DNA of 13,765 nucleotides from Coleofasciculus chthonoplastes F2-STO-03 (GCA_040222015.1 JAVJWO010000106.1:1-13765); one strand, 5' to 3'; shown: positions 1-8,561, counted from the stretch's first letter. Translations and numbers: made by a program. Notes: generated from the sequence alone by a model not told the origin.

Positions 1-141
1 GTCTTAACTCCTTAGCAGAAATGGCGAGGAGGAATGCCAAGGCAGAAGTTCCTGGTATTCACCGAGAACAGCGGCTCTTCGTGGTAACAGCAGGGGAGAA
101 TCCCTAACTAGATTGCTTGCAATTAGTTAGGGTCTGTTCAA
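1..141 (+). mobile_element. 3' end / right end of an IS200/IS605-family (tnpB-type) element, truncated by window edge
   Basis: GAAT followed by hairpin CCCTAACTA-G-ATTGC-TT-GCAAT-TAGTTAGGG (102-132) and then ...GTTCAA (ends 141). This matches the GAAT-hairpin-TCAA right-end layout of IS608-like elements. An open frame 3..107 (LNSLAEMARR...GENP*) could be a TnpB tail. Confidence 0.6.
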
Positions 142-452
142 AAAAGGTTATCATCAATAGCGACAACCTGGATAGTTTAGTAAGCCTACTCCGAGATGAT
201 CGAGTACGGGCGATTATTGAACCCATGCTCGTCGGTAGGGAGTTGGGGGATATTCCCAATGATGATGTACAATTTCTGATTGATTTGGGCTTGTGTCGCA
301 TGAGTTCTCAGGGCGGATTAGCGATCGCGAATCCCATATACCAGGAAGTACTCCCTCGGGTGTTAAGCCAAACCCCACCGATTAGCGATCGCACAACCAC
401 AGAATCGGCAAACACTCCCGGAAATCTCGCCATTGTGGTGATTCGGGGATGA
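142..452 (+). pseudogene. Internal fragment of a cyanobacterial AAA-like ATP-binding protein
   Basis: LDSL...DRVRAIIEPML.G.ELGDIPNDDVQFLIDLGLCRMSSQGGLAIANPIYQEVLPRVL resembles the post-ATPase region of this family. No P-loop or credible start. The 5' side abuts the IS end and similarity appears lost after about 380. Confidence 0.6.
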
Positions 453-455
453 ATG

Positions 456-669
456 GTAGGGGCGGGTTTTGACAAAGGGCGCACGTCTGTGCGCCCCTAC
501 GGTTGATTATGGTAGGGGCGACCCGCTTGTATCAATTCACAACGGCGTCCATTCAATTGACTCGGGTCGCCCTTTACTCAATGGCGCTGTTGATAACCTG
601 GTGGGTTACGGCGGATATAGGATTAAAGGGTTCGTTTCCTCAATGAAGCACCGCCTAACCCACCCTACA
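456..669. repeat. Cluster of REP-like (GTAG...CTAC) palindromic elements downstream of narB
   Basis: GTAGGGGCGGGTTT (456); GGGCGCAC..GTGCGCCCCTAC (about 477-500); GTAGGGGCGACCCG...CGGGTCGCCCTTTAC (512-577); GTGGGTTACGGCG...CGCCTAACCCACCCTAC (601-668). Confidence 0.7.
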
Positions 670-689
670 GGTGAACATTCAAATTAGGA

Positions 690-2933
690 TTATTTGCCCA
701 AAATCGACTGTTGCTCCAACTCTTGTTCCCATTGCACCTCTGCGGACTCTGGCACTAAACTCAACTGCACCGCACAAGCTTTTAACTCCGGTTGCCCAGA
801 ATCCGGACAAGACTCTGGATGCGTCAAGGTGTTTGCTTCTGAATTGGCTGCCCATAACGCCCCCCAATGCATCGGCACAAATACCGTCCCTGGCGCGATC
901 GCTTTCGTTACCTGAGCCGGAAACCGACTTTTGCCCCGGCGCGATCGCACGTCTACCCAATTCCCCTCTTCAATCCCCAGTTTCTGGGCATCACGAGGGT
1001 GGATTTCTAGGAACGGTTGCGGATGCATTTGCTGAATCTTGGGAATATGACCCGTTCGAGTTTGGGTGTGCCAATGACCATAAAGGCGTCCCGTTGTCAA
1101 GACTAAAGGATAATTCGGATCAGGGGGTTCTGCCAATCCCCGTGAATGATACGCCGCAAACTTTGCCCGTCCATCGGCGGTGGGGAAGCGCCAATCTGTG
1201 TACAATCGTTTTGTATTTGTCGGGGTGGGTTTAGTCTCATTAGAGGTTGAGGACTTATCGGTAAACCCCGCCTCCGGGTTTTCCTGCGGATGGGGCCACT
1301 GAATGGGACCCTCCTGTAACTGCTCATAGCTAATACCCGTCATATCGCAAACCCGCCCACGGGTGAGTTGCACGAATTCTCGATGCACCGCCGCCGAATC
1401 CGCAAAGTCAAAGTGTTCCGTAAACCCTAAACGCCTCCCAACTTCGGCAAAGATTTCCCAATCGGCTCTAGATTCGCCAACTCGGTTGCGGAATTGGGGA
1501 CATAAGGTTACTACCCGTTCGGAATTCGTCATCGTTCCCGTTTTTTCACTCCACTGGGCGGCGGGAAGCAAGACATGAGCATAAGCGGCGGTTTCGGTGG
1601 GATAATAGGCGTCTTGATACACCGTAAACGGGGACTGTTTCAACGCCGCTTTCGTGCGTTCTAAATCGGGCATACTCACCGCCGGATTCGTCGCCGCAAT
1701 CCAGAGGAATCCGACTGCACCCGTCTCTAATCCCAGAATCATATCCCAAGCCGGTAAACCCGGTTCTGGGGAGATTTGTCCCGGCTTGAGTCCCCACAAT
1801 TGTTCCAATTCCGCCCGATGTTGGGAATTCTTCACCAACCGATAACCCGGCAGAATATGCGCCAGTCCCCCCGCTTCTCGTCCCCCCATGGCATTGGGTT
1901 GTCCGGTGAGAGAAAAGGGTCCAGAACCCGGTCTACCAAGGGTTCCGGTCATCAGGTGTAAGTTAATCAACGTGCGAACTTTGGCGGTTCCTTCCGAGGA
2001 TTGGTTCATCCCCATTGACCACAAGGATAATACTCGTTCCGCATCCCCCCAATATCGAGCCGCCTTCTCCAATTCATCTAACCGAATCCCACACTTACGC
2101 GCTACGAGTTCGGGGGGATAGTGGCGAATGATATCAGCGTAGAGGGGAAAGTCTCGCGTACAGTCATCAATGAATAAGGTATTAATTTTACCCCAACGCA
2201 TCAGCAAATGGGCAATTCCATTCAGCAAGTCTATATCCGTCCCTGGTCGAATTGCTAAATGTAAATCAGCGGCTTCTGCGGTGGGAGTACGCCGGGGGTC
2301 AACCACAATCATTTTCACCTTGCGGTTCTTTTTACAATGTTTGTGCAGGCGATTAAATACGATTGGGTGACATTCGGCGGTATTTGTACCAATTAAGAAG
2401 GCACAATCTGTTTGTTCTAAATCCTCGTAGCAGCAGGGGGGACCATCTGATCCGAAACTCTGGATATAACCAGAGACGGCGGAGGACATACATAGGCGAG
2501 AATTGGCGTCAAAATTGTTTGTACCTAGACAGCCTTTGAGTAATTTTTGGGCAATATAATAGTCTTCGGTTTGAAATTGACCGGAACCATACATACAGAT
2601 GGCTTCAGGTCCTTGGGTAAAGCGGACGGTTTGCAGTTGCAGGACGATGCGATCTAGGGCTTCATCCCAACTGACTCGTCGAAAGGGCTGATCCAGGGAA
2701 TCTCGCATCATCGGATATTTCAGACGATTTTTATCCAAAGATTCGCTTACCGTCGCTCCCTTGACACAAACCTTTCCCTGGCTGGAGGGATGATCGCGAT
2801 CGCCCCGTACTCGCCATATTGGTGTTCCTTCACTGTCGCGATGGGTGGCTTTACCGGATTGGGCGGGTGGCGTTACCTCTAAACCACAGCCAACACCGCA
2901 ATAGGGACAAAGTGTTTTTGTTGAGTTAGTCAT
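690..2933 (-). CDS. narB: Ferredoxin-dependent assimilatory nitrate reductase (Mo-bisPGD, [4Fe-4S])
   Basis: N-terminal CPYCGVGC...CVKG cluster motif, [23 protein letters not shown]-terminal molybdopterin dinucleotide domain ([31 protein letters not shown]). 747 aa, directly downstream of nrtP. Confidence 0.97.
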   Translation of the reverse strand: MTNSTKTLCPYCGVGCGLEVTPPAQSGKATHRDSEGTPIWRVRGDRDHPSSQGKVCVKGATVSESLDKNRLKYPMMRDSLDQPFRRVSWDEALDRIVLQLQTVRFTQGPEAICMYGSGQFQTEDYYIAQKLLKGCLGTNNFDANSRLCMSSAVSGYIQSFGSDGPPCCYEDLEQTDCAFLIGTNTAECHPIVFNRLHKHCKKNRKVKMIVVDPRRTPTAEAADLHLAIRPGTDIDLLNGIAHLLMRWGKINTLFIDDCTRDFPLYADIIRHYPPELVARKCGIRLDELEKAARYWGDAERVLSLWSMGMNQSSEGTAKVRTLINLHLMTGTLGRPGSGPFSLTGQPNAMGGREAGGLAHILPGYRLVKNSQHRAELEQLWGLKPGQISPEPGLPAWDMILGLETGAVGFLWIAATNPAVSMPDLERTKAALKQSPFTVYQDAYYPTETAAYAHVLLPAAQWSEKTGTMTNSERVVTLCPQFRNRVGESRADWEIFAEVGRRLGFTEHFDFADSAAVHREFVQLTRGRVCDMTGISYEQLQEGPIQWPHPQENPEAGFTDKSSTSNETKPTPTNTKRLYTDWRFPTADGRAKFAAYHSRGLAEPPDPNYPLVLTTGRLYGHWHTQTRTGHIPKIQQMHPQPFLEIHPRDAQKLGIEEGNWVDVRSRRGKSRFPAQVTKAIAPGTVFVPMHWGALWAANSEANTLTHPESCPDSGQPELKACAVQLSLVPESAEVQWEQELEQQSILGK

Positions 2934-2942
2934 AGATTTTTT

Positions 2943-2984
2943 CAGGGAACAGGGAACAGGGAACAGGGAATAGGGAATAGGGAA
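2943..2984. repeat. STRR-type heptamer tandem repeat (CAGGGAA)4(TAGGGAA)2
   Basis: Six tandem 7-mers seen directly, lying about 10 nt upstream of the narB start codon. Confidence 0.9.
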
Positions 2985-3256
2985 TTAAGATTTAGACATC
3001 CTATCTTTTTGACTATCTTTGGATTTAGCTTAAAAAAATCAATAGGAATATTTGGTATAAAAAGCAACAAAATCTTGTCGGCTATGAAATAAATACATGG
3101 GATAAATGCTAATTTGACAAAATTGTTCTAAAAGATTCATTCAAATTACGTTATGGCGGGGATTTGGGCGAAGCATTTTTGAATAATTTTATCGACTTCG
3201 TATTGAGTTTTGGGCAAGAATGATTGCCCCTACGTAAATTCATCCCCCCCTAAACC

Positions 3257-3286
3257 TGTAGAGACGTAGCATGCTACGTCTCTACA
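3257..3286. repeat. Perfect 30-bp REP-like palindrome in the nrtP-narB intergenic region
   Basis: TGTAGAGACGTAGCA|TGCTACGTCTCTACA, 25 nt after the nrtP stop. Possible mRNA-stabilising or terminating hairpin. Confidence 0.85.
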
Positions 3287-3310
3287 AATTTAACAATCAA
3301 TATTCAATCA

Positions 3311-4834
3311 TCAATGGGATTGTTCATCCACCAAAACTGGCACACCTTCGATGGGCAATTCGGTTTCTTCACCTTCATGATGTGTCGCAAACGATCCTTT
3401 AGGTTCTCTGAGGAAGAACCAACAGAGGAAGGTAACCACTAATGCTGTAACTCCTAAGGTTTGGAAGAAAACGCGGTTACCCATATCGCCTTCTGGGAGC
3501 AAACTAAATAGGGTGAGATAGGCAACAGCACCCACATTACCATACGCCCCAACATTACCCGCAATCTGACCCGTAACTCGGCGCTTGATTAACGGTACCA
3601 TGGCAAAGGTAGACCCTTCACCGGCTTGGACAAAGAAGGAACACCCCATGGTGAGAATAACCGCAGCAGGTAGCCACCAACTCCCATTTACAGTACTCAA
3701 CATCAGATAGCCAATTCCCATGCATCCTGTCAACACCGTCATCGTCCATTTCCGGCTTCCTAAAGTATCTGAAATTAATCCGCCACCGGGACGTGAAACT
3801 AAGTTCATAAACGCATAACTAGCAGCAATCATTCCGGCTAATTGCTTACTCAATCCAAAGGTTCCTTCAAAAAAGGCGGGAAGCATAGACACAACAGCTA
3901 ATTCTGAACCAAAGTTGACCACATACGTTAATTCCAGAAGAGCGACTTGGGAGAAATTATAGCGATCATCCGCAGGATACCGTTTTTGATTGGTCATCAG
4001 GTCTTTATTCACATCCCAGCATTTGTAAGCCTGGAACAGATATAACCCCAACAGCGCTAACCAGGTGATAATTAATCCCGTTTGATCTAAGAAACCAACG
4101 TTACTCAAACGCCAAGCCAAGACAGCCAGAATACCCACCAGAGGAACATTCATCAGCATCAAGAAGCCAAAGTCTCGCTTGGTGGTGACTTCTAAGCCCC
4201 CATGACGCTTGGGTTTCTGATAAACTTTACCCGGAGGTGTATCTTGAACGTTTCTATAGTAAAAGACGCCATAGAGTGCAGCAATAATACCAGTGAGTGC
4301 GATCGCGAGTCGCCAGTTGATCAATCCACCCCCAGCGCCAACCGTTAATAACGCCGCGATTGTGGGTAGGGCAAAGGCAGATGCAGCCGAACCAAAGTTA
4401 CCCCATCCCCCATAAATTCCTTCAGCCAAGCCAATTTCTTTGGGGGGGAACCATTCCGCCACCATGCGGATACCAATCACGAAGCCTGCACCCACAATAC
4501 TTAAGGCTAAACGGCTGATCACTAATTGGCTAAAGTCTTGTGCCAGGGAAAACGCCAGACAAGGAATGGCGGCATAAACCAGCAACACAGAATAGGTTAA
4601 CCGTGGACCAAAACGGTCGAGTAACATACCGATAATAATCCGAGCCGGTACAGTCAGCGCTACGTTACAAATCGCCAATGTCCGAATTTGTGCCGCACTC
4701 AGCCCTAATTCTTCTTGTACGGCTGTCGCTAATGGGGCAAAATTAAACCAAACGACAAAGGAGAGAAAGAAGGCGAACCAAGTTAAATGTAAGATGCGGT
4801 ATCGACCGCGAAATGACCATAATTCTTGCAGCAT
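3311..4834 (-). CDS. nrtP: MFS nitrate/nitrite permease (NarK/NRT2 family)
   Basis: HLTWFAFFLSFVVWFNFAP, nitrate-signature GGWGNFG, NFGSELAVVSMLP, GNVGAYGNVG, multiple hydrophobic helices, adjacent to narB. Confidence 0.95.
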   Translation of the reverse strand: MLQELWSFRGRYRILHLTWFAFFLSFVVWFNFAPLATAVQEELGLSAAQIRTLAICNVALTVPARIIIGMLLDRFGPRLTYSVLLVYAAIPCLAFSLAQDFSQLVISRLALSIVGAGFVIGIRMVAEWFPPKEIGLAEGIYGGWGNFGSAASAFALPTIAALLTVGAGGGLINWRLAIALTGIIAALYGVFYYRNVQDTPPGKVYQKPKRHGGLEVTTKRDFGFLMLMNVPLVGILAVLAWRLSNVGFLDQTGLIITWLALLGLYLFQAYKCWDVNKDLMTNQKRYPADDRYNFSQVALLELTYVVNFGSELAVVSMLPAFFEGTFGLSKQLAGMIAASYAFMNLVSRPGGGLISDTLGSRKWTMTVLTGCMGIGYLMLSTVNGSWWLPAAVILTMGCSFFVQAGEGSTFAMVPLIKRRVTGQIAGNVGAYGNVGAVAYLTLFSLLPEGDMGNRVFFQTLGVTALVVTFLCWFFLREPKGSFATHHEGEETELPIEGVPVLVDEQSH

Positions 4835-4995
4835 CTGTTACTTAACCCTGTGTAAAAATTTCAGGATGGGGGCAAATTTAATCGAGCAATTTTTTTATCC
4901 ATTGAATTCGTCAATTGCTCTCACTTAACCGAAGTAATTTATTTACGGTTCCCCGATGTCCGCTACAAGAATCACACCCTTGCCAGAGAGGTTTC

Positions 4996-5009
4996 GTATA
5001 TTTAATTAC
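4996..5009 (-). promoter_or_regulatory. NtcA binding site of the nrtP-narB promoter
   Basis: Minus strand tGTA-ATTAAATA-TAC fits GTA-N8-TAC. A -10-like GATTCT lies 22 nt downstream (4968-4973), the class II NtcA spacing. Confidence 0.85.
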
Positions 5010-5023
5010 AAAATTGGCTTAGA

Positions 5024-5040
5024 TATGCATTGACTGCATA
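5024..5040. promoter_or_regulatory. NtcB (LysR) binding site
   Basis: TATGCA-TTGAC-TGCATA contains TGCA-N5-TGCA. It is centred 29.5 nt upstream of the NtcA box centre (about -71 if NtcA is at -41.5), as in cyanobacterial nitrate-operon promoters. Confidence 0.8.
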
Positions 5041-5091
5041 ATTTTAATTCTTAGATTGCATAATTATCATTGAGGCAGGGTGTGGGCTGAG

Positions 5092-5127
5092 TTTGTACAG
5101 GATTTTGTACAGGATTTTGTACAGGAT
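5092..5127. repeat. 12-bp tandem repeat (TTTGTACAGGAT)x3
   Basis: Three exact copies at 5092, 5104 and 5116. Confidence 0.9.
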
Positions 5128-5533
5128 TAGGATTGCCCATTCAGCTATTAGCAAGCTCCCCGACTTCTCCAAGAAATCGGGGATTTGGAGTACGTTACTT
5201 ACATGAATTATGTGAATTATCCAAACTGGTAATACCTTGATTTTATGCCTCAACAGTCTAAGTTAACTCGAAATAACGCCCACTGAAATTAAAGAGTAGG
5301 GGTGGGGGCGATATCCGAGATGATGTGGGAAACACTTGACAATTTATCAAAGAAGTGACGAAAATGATGAAATTTGTGATCGGTCATTGGCAAACAAGGA
5401 TAGGAGTCTGGACAACGACACGGTATAGAAAGATACCATAAATTGCCGGAAATACCGGAAAAATTGCCAAAAACTGATGCGGCTAGGGAGAAACGCCCAA
5501 TGTCCGCTCAAATTCAATCGGTGTGAGGATGTC

Positions 5534-7225
5534 ATGTCAAACTATGTACTGCTGCTATTAACCACGCTAACCCGACAGGTTAAAGCCAATTTCGTGAACA
5601 AGACGCATCAGACAGAGGCGGTACAGGAACGGTTTCTGCTGACGCTGTTGCGAAGATATTGCAACACCGAACTAGGGCGGAAATGGGGGTTGAGAGAGAT
5701 TAGAACCATCGACCAATTTCGCGATCGCGTCCCGGTTCTGCCCTATAGTGAGTATCAACCCTACACCGAACGCATTTTCCAGGGTGAGTCGAATATATTA
5801 ACCCCTGATCCCGTTGTCTATATAAATCTCACCAGTGGTTCCACAGGATCAAAAAAGCTAATTCCCGTAACCAAGCGGTTTCAGAATTCCCTAAGAGGGG
5901 CTAATCTAACCAGTATGGGCTTCTTAGCTGAAGCGTTGAACCGTCGCCAGCGTCAGTTTGGCAAATTACTATTGACGAACTCCGTACAACTGCTGGGACA
6001 AACGCCAGGAGGGGTCAAGTATGGTGCAACAAGTGTAGGTGTGCTGCGGATGGGAAAATTTCTCTACAAACAACTCTTTTCCCATCCCTTTGAAACCCTG
6101 CAACCAGGGGATAGCCTCACTCGCCATTACGTTTGCTTACTCTTTGCTTTACGCGATCGCACCATGCGGGGGATGATTGCTAATTTTCCCATGCTCCTGC
6201 TGCGAACGGCAAGTTATTTGGAAACCTACGCCGAAGACTTGATTCGGGATTTAGAAAAAGGGACAATAGCCAATTGGTTGGACTTAGAATCAGGGATTCG
6301 GTCACAATTAGAACATCAATGGTCAGCGTATCCGGAACGGGCGCAGGAACTACGAGATATTTTACACCACGAGGGACGCTTAACACCGAAACGGGTTTGG
6401 TCAGAGTTATCCTTTGTCGCCACCGCACGGGGCGGTACATCGGATTTTTACTTTCAACGCTTTCCTGATTATTTTGGCGATACACCTGCGTTTGGGGCGG
6501 TTTATTCCTCAGCAGAAGCCACATTTAGTATTTACCCGGATGTCGATACTGATGGGAGTGTTTTGGCGATTGAAAGCGGCTTTTTTGAATTTGTTCCCCA
6601 AGATCAATGGCACGCCGAACATCCGAAAACACTACTAGCGACGGAGGTTAAGATTGGGGAAAAATACCGCATTTTAACTACAAATTATAGTGGGTTTTAT
6701 CGCTATGATATTGGCGATGTGGTAGAAGTTGTCGGATTTTACAATAAAACACCCTTAATTGTGTTTCGGTATCGTCACGGGGGAACCATGTCGGCGACGA
6801 CGGAGAAGACAACGGAACACCACGCGACTCAAGTCATGCAAGCCTTACAGCAGGAATTTGGTGTACCGTTAGAAGACTTTTGTTTGACTTTATCAGAGAG
6901 TATTGTCACTCCCCATTATTTAGTCAACATTGAGTTAGCACTGGGTCAACATTTAGAGAATTCTCAAACTTTTCTGGCTAGTTTTGAGCGTAAGTTACAA
7001 GAGGCGAATACATCTTATGCGATAAAGCGACCGGGTAATTATATTCCAACACCTCGCCTACGGATATTAGCACCGGGTAGTTTTGCCATACTGCGTCAGC
7101 GTCAGTTAGAACGCGGCGTTCCCGATTCTCAGTTGAAGTTTCCTCATATTAGCAATGATCGGCAATTTTTGGCAGGGTTAGAGGTGTTAGAAGAGGTAAG
7201 ATTACCCGGAAATAGTGGCGATTGA
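5534..7225 (+). CDS. GH3 auxin-responsive-promoter family protein (acyl acid-amido synthetase, ANL adenylating fold)
   Basis: LTSGSTG, YSSAEA and YRYDIGD motifs. Start moved from 5477 to ATG 5534, which follows GAGG. 563 aa. Confidence 0.9.
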   Translation: MSNYVLLLLTTLTRQVKANFVNKTHQTEAVQERFLLTLLRRYCNTELGRKWGLREIRTIDQFRDRVPVLPYSEYQPYTERIFQGESNILTPDPVVYINLTSGSTGSKKLIPVTKRFQNSLRGANLTSMGFLAEALNRRQRQFGKLLLTNSVQLLGQTPGGVKYGATSVGVLRMGKFLYKQLFSHPFETLQPGDSLTRHYVCLLFALRDRTMRGMIANFPMLLLRTASYLETYAEDLIRDLEKGTIANWLDLESGIRSQLEHQWSAYPERAQELRDILHHEGRLTPKRVWSELSFVATARGGTSDFYFQRFPDYFGDTPAFGAVYSSAEATFSIYPDVDTDGSVLAIESGFFEFVPQDQWHAEHPKTLLATEVKIGEKYRILTTNYSGFYRYDIGDVVEVVGFYNKTPLIVFRYRHGGTMSATTEKTTEHHATQVMQALQQEFGVPLEDFCLTLSESIVTPHYLVNIELALGQHLENSQTFLASFERKLQEANTSYAIKRPGNYIPTPRLRILAPGSFAILRQRQLERGVPDSQLKFPHISNDRQFLAGLEVLEEVRLPGNSGD

Positions 7226-7286
7226 GAGGAGGAAGTTTTGGGAGTTTGGGAAGCAGGGGAAGATGCTTATTTTCACGAGATATAGA

Positions 7287-7328
7287 AAACCTCTCTCCAA
7301 ACCTCTCTCCTGGGAGGAGAGAGGCTTT
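7287..7328. repeat. Small dispersed repeat / hairpin downstream of the GH3 gene
   Basis: AAACCTCTCTCC duplicated, then CCTCTCTCCT-GGG-AGGAGAGAGG stem followed by CTTTT. May act as a terminator. Confidence 0.6.
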
Positions 7329-7377
7329 TAATTCGGGGATCTAGAAGAGAAGGGAGATGGATAAAAATTGTTCACAA

Positions 7378-7409
7378 TGACAAATAACAAATGACAAGTG
7401 ACAAGTAAC
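7378..7409. repeat. Degenerate heptamer tandem repeat (TGACAAA-like)
   Basis: TGACAAA TAACAAA TGACAAG TGACAAG TAAC. Confidence 0.75.
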
Positions 7410-7602
7410 TATTGGAAATCGGCTATTTTTACAATTGTATTAGGGGGTCAACTTCTTGGAGTTGATGCTATTCAGGCGACAGCAAGCCAGAAACGCACTG
7501 CTTGCCAAATCAAGAATGAATTAGCTTGTACTTTGGTATCATTCCCTATTTTCGACAGATGAAGGAAGTGATAATCTAGATAGTGGCTACAATCTCACTT
7601 TC

Positions 7603-7760
7603 TTACCCCAGCGATCTCTCACGCTTGGGTTTTCCTGAGTCAGCCGAAGGTTCATCATCCACCGTGAGGACTCGAATTCCGGTGAGATCAAGTTCGGGTT
7701 GGCGCAACGTTGCTGTCTGCTTGCTCTCCGAGTCACCATTGAGCAGTGGCAATTGCACTC
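7603..7760 (-). pseudogene. Remnant of a hybrid histidine kinase (HATPase end, linker, start of receiver domain)
   Basis: VQLPLL...DLTGIRVLTVDDEP is typical of the HATPase-to-REC junction. It is cut on the 5' side by the IS-like hairpin and degenerates after DDEP. Confidence 0.7.
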
Positions 7761-7857
7761 CTGTTATCATAGTGCCGTAATACCCCATCCTTCTATAGGG
7801 TGGGGATGTAAGGCGGGTCAACGGAGCGACTAGCCCTTCCAAATTACTTGGGCTTAG

Positions 7858-8167
7858 GTAGCCGAGAAATGTATTTCGTGACATACTCCTACACCGAATC
7901 AAAGATTACGGTGTAGGCTTCCAAGACAATCCGGCTACCCCTTAGGAGACTCTTGGCTTTATTAACGACACGGGATGCCCCTCCGCGCCGGAACAATACA
8001 AAGTTTTGTTCATCTATCTGTCTTGCTTTGCTTTGCTTTGTACTGCTGGAATTTTACCCGCCCACAGATGCGACTACAAATAGCCTGTTTCTAGGCGGAA
8101 CCCCATATTCCAGGTTGTCAAGGTACGGTGTACAGGAAGCGGTTAGCTTTATTCAATTAACCTGTAC
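7858..8167 (-). ncRNA. Putative stand-alone omegaRNA (TnpB reRNA)-like noncoding RNA with 3' guide
   Basis: Extended -10 TGCTATAGT (8174-8182), 5' stem GTACAGG/CCTGTAC, boxA-like GTACCTTGACAAC (8114-8126), no credible ORF. It ends in GAAGCCTACACCG-TAATCTTTGATT-CGGTGTAGGAGTATGTCAC, a typical TnpB right-end scaffold terminus. Confidence 0.55.
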
Positions 8168-8169
8168 CC

Positions 8170-8182
8170 TGTTACTATAGCA
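8170..8182. promoter_or_regulatory. Overlapping divergent extended -10 elements
   Basis: Plus strand TG-T-TACTAT (8170-8178) faces the RHH gene. Minus strand TG-C-TATAGT (8182-8174) faces the ncRNA. Confidence 0.55.
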
Positions 8183-8204
8183 ATGTGAAAGCAGATTGAA
8201 AACT

Positions 8205-8351
8205 ATGAAACAAGTAACAACGCGAGTATCGGATAGGGAGTATGAACATCTGACCAAATTTTGCGAAGTGACAGAAAGAACCCAGTCAGATGTTATTCGC
8301 GAACTGATACGCAAGTTATCAATCTCAGGGATGTTGAATCCCATCGATTGA
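8205..8351 (+). CDS. Ribbon-helix-helix (CopG-like) DNA-binding protein, 48 aa (not in ORF track)
   Basis: Manual translation MKQVTTRVSDREYEHLTKFCEVTERTQSDVIRELIRKLSISGMLNPID*. Beta-strand (KQVTTRV), helix, then RTQSDVIRELIR helix, typical of RHH proteins near cyanobacterial IS605 left ends. Confidence 0.85.
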   Translation: MKQVTTRVSDREYEHLTKFCEVTERTQSDVIRELIRKLSISGMLNPID

Positions 8352-8561
8352 TCGCCTATTCATCCCAACGCCAACCTAAGTACAGGTATGGCGTTGGGCT
8401 TCCGGCTTTAGCTTGCTAAACAAGTCAGGGAAGAGGAATTGCCGATACTGTAAATCCTTGTCCTACAGCCTTGCTCCGGGAGCGCTTTCAACTCAAAACC
8501 TTTCCAATAACTAAACTTTTGTAACGGGATCTTTCCGATTTACCGATAAATCAGGACAGTT

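Larger units (their letters stand above)
7768..8415. mobile_element. Non-autonomous IS200/IS605-derived cassette without tnpA or tnpB
   Basis: Left-end-like hairpin CCCCATCCT-TCTAT-AGGGTGGGG (7783-7805, +). Right-end-like hairpin plus TCAC (7878-7917, -). Second left-end-like hairpin CCCAACGCCA...TGGCGTTGGG (8364-8398, -). RHH gene inside, no HIP1 sites. Boundaries approximate. Confidence 0.7.

Noticed and set aside
469..687. 72-aa ORF
   Set aside because: Made up almost entirely of REP-like palindromes.
1215..1290. Low-complexity segment in NarB ([23 protein letters not shown]) as an intein or insertion element
   Set aside because: Short polar linker without intein motifs; likely a variable surface loop.
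671..2370. Several overlapping ORFs antisense to or out of frame with narB
   Set aside because: Shadow ORFs of a conserved gene with no recognisable motifs.
4934..4946. GTA-ATTTATT-TAC as a second NtcA site
   Set aside because: Spacer is N7, not N8.
5044..5535. Minus-strand ORFs of 69 aa and 62 aa
   Set aside because: Low-complexity or repeat-derived (ILYK x3 comes from the 12-mer), with weak starts; probably intergenic.
7953..8344. ORFs 7953-8180(+) and 8153-8344(-)
   Set aside because: The first is antisense to the structured RNA and the second is antisense to the more convincing RHH gene.
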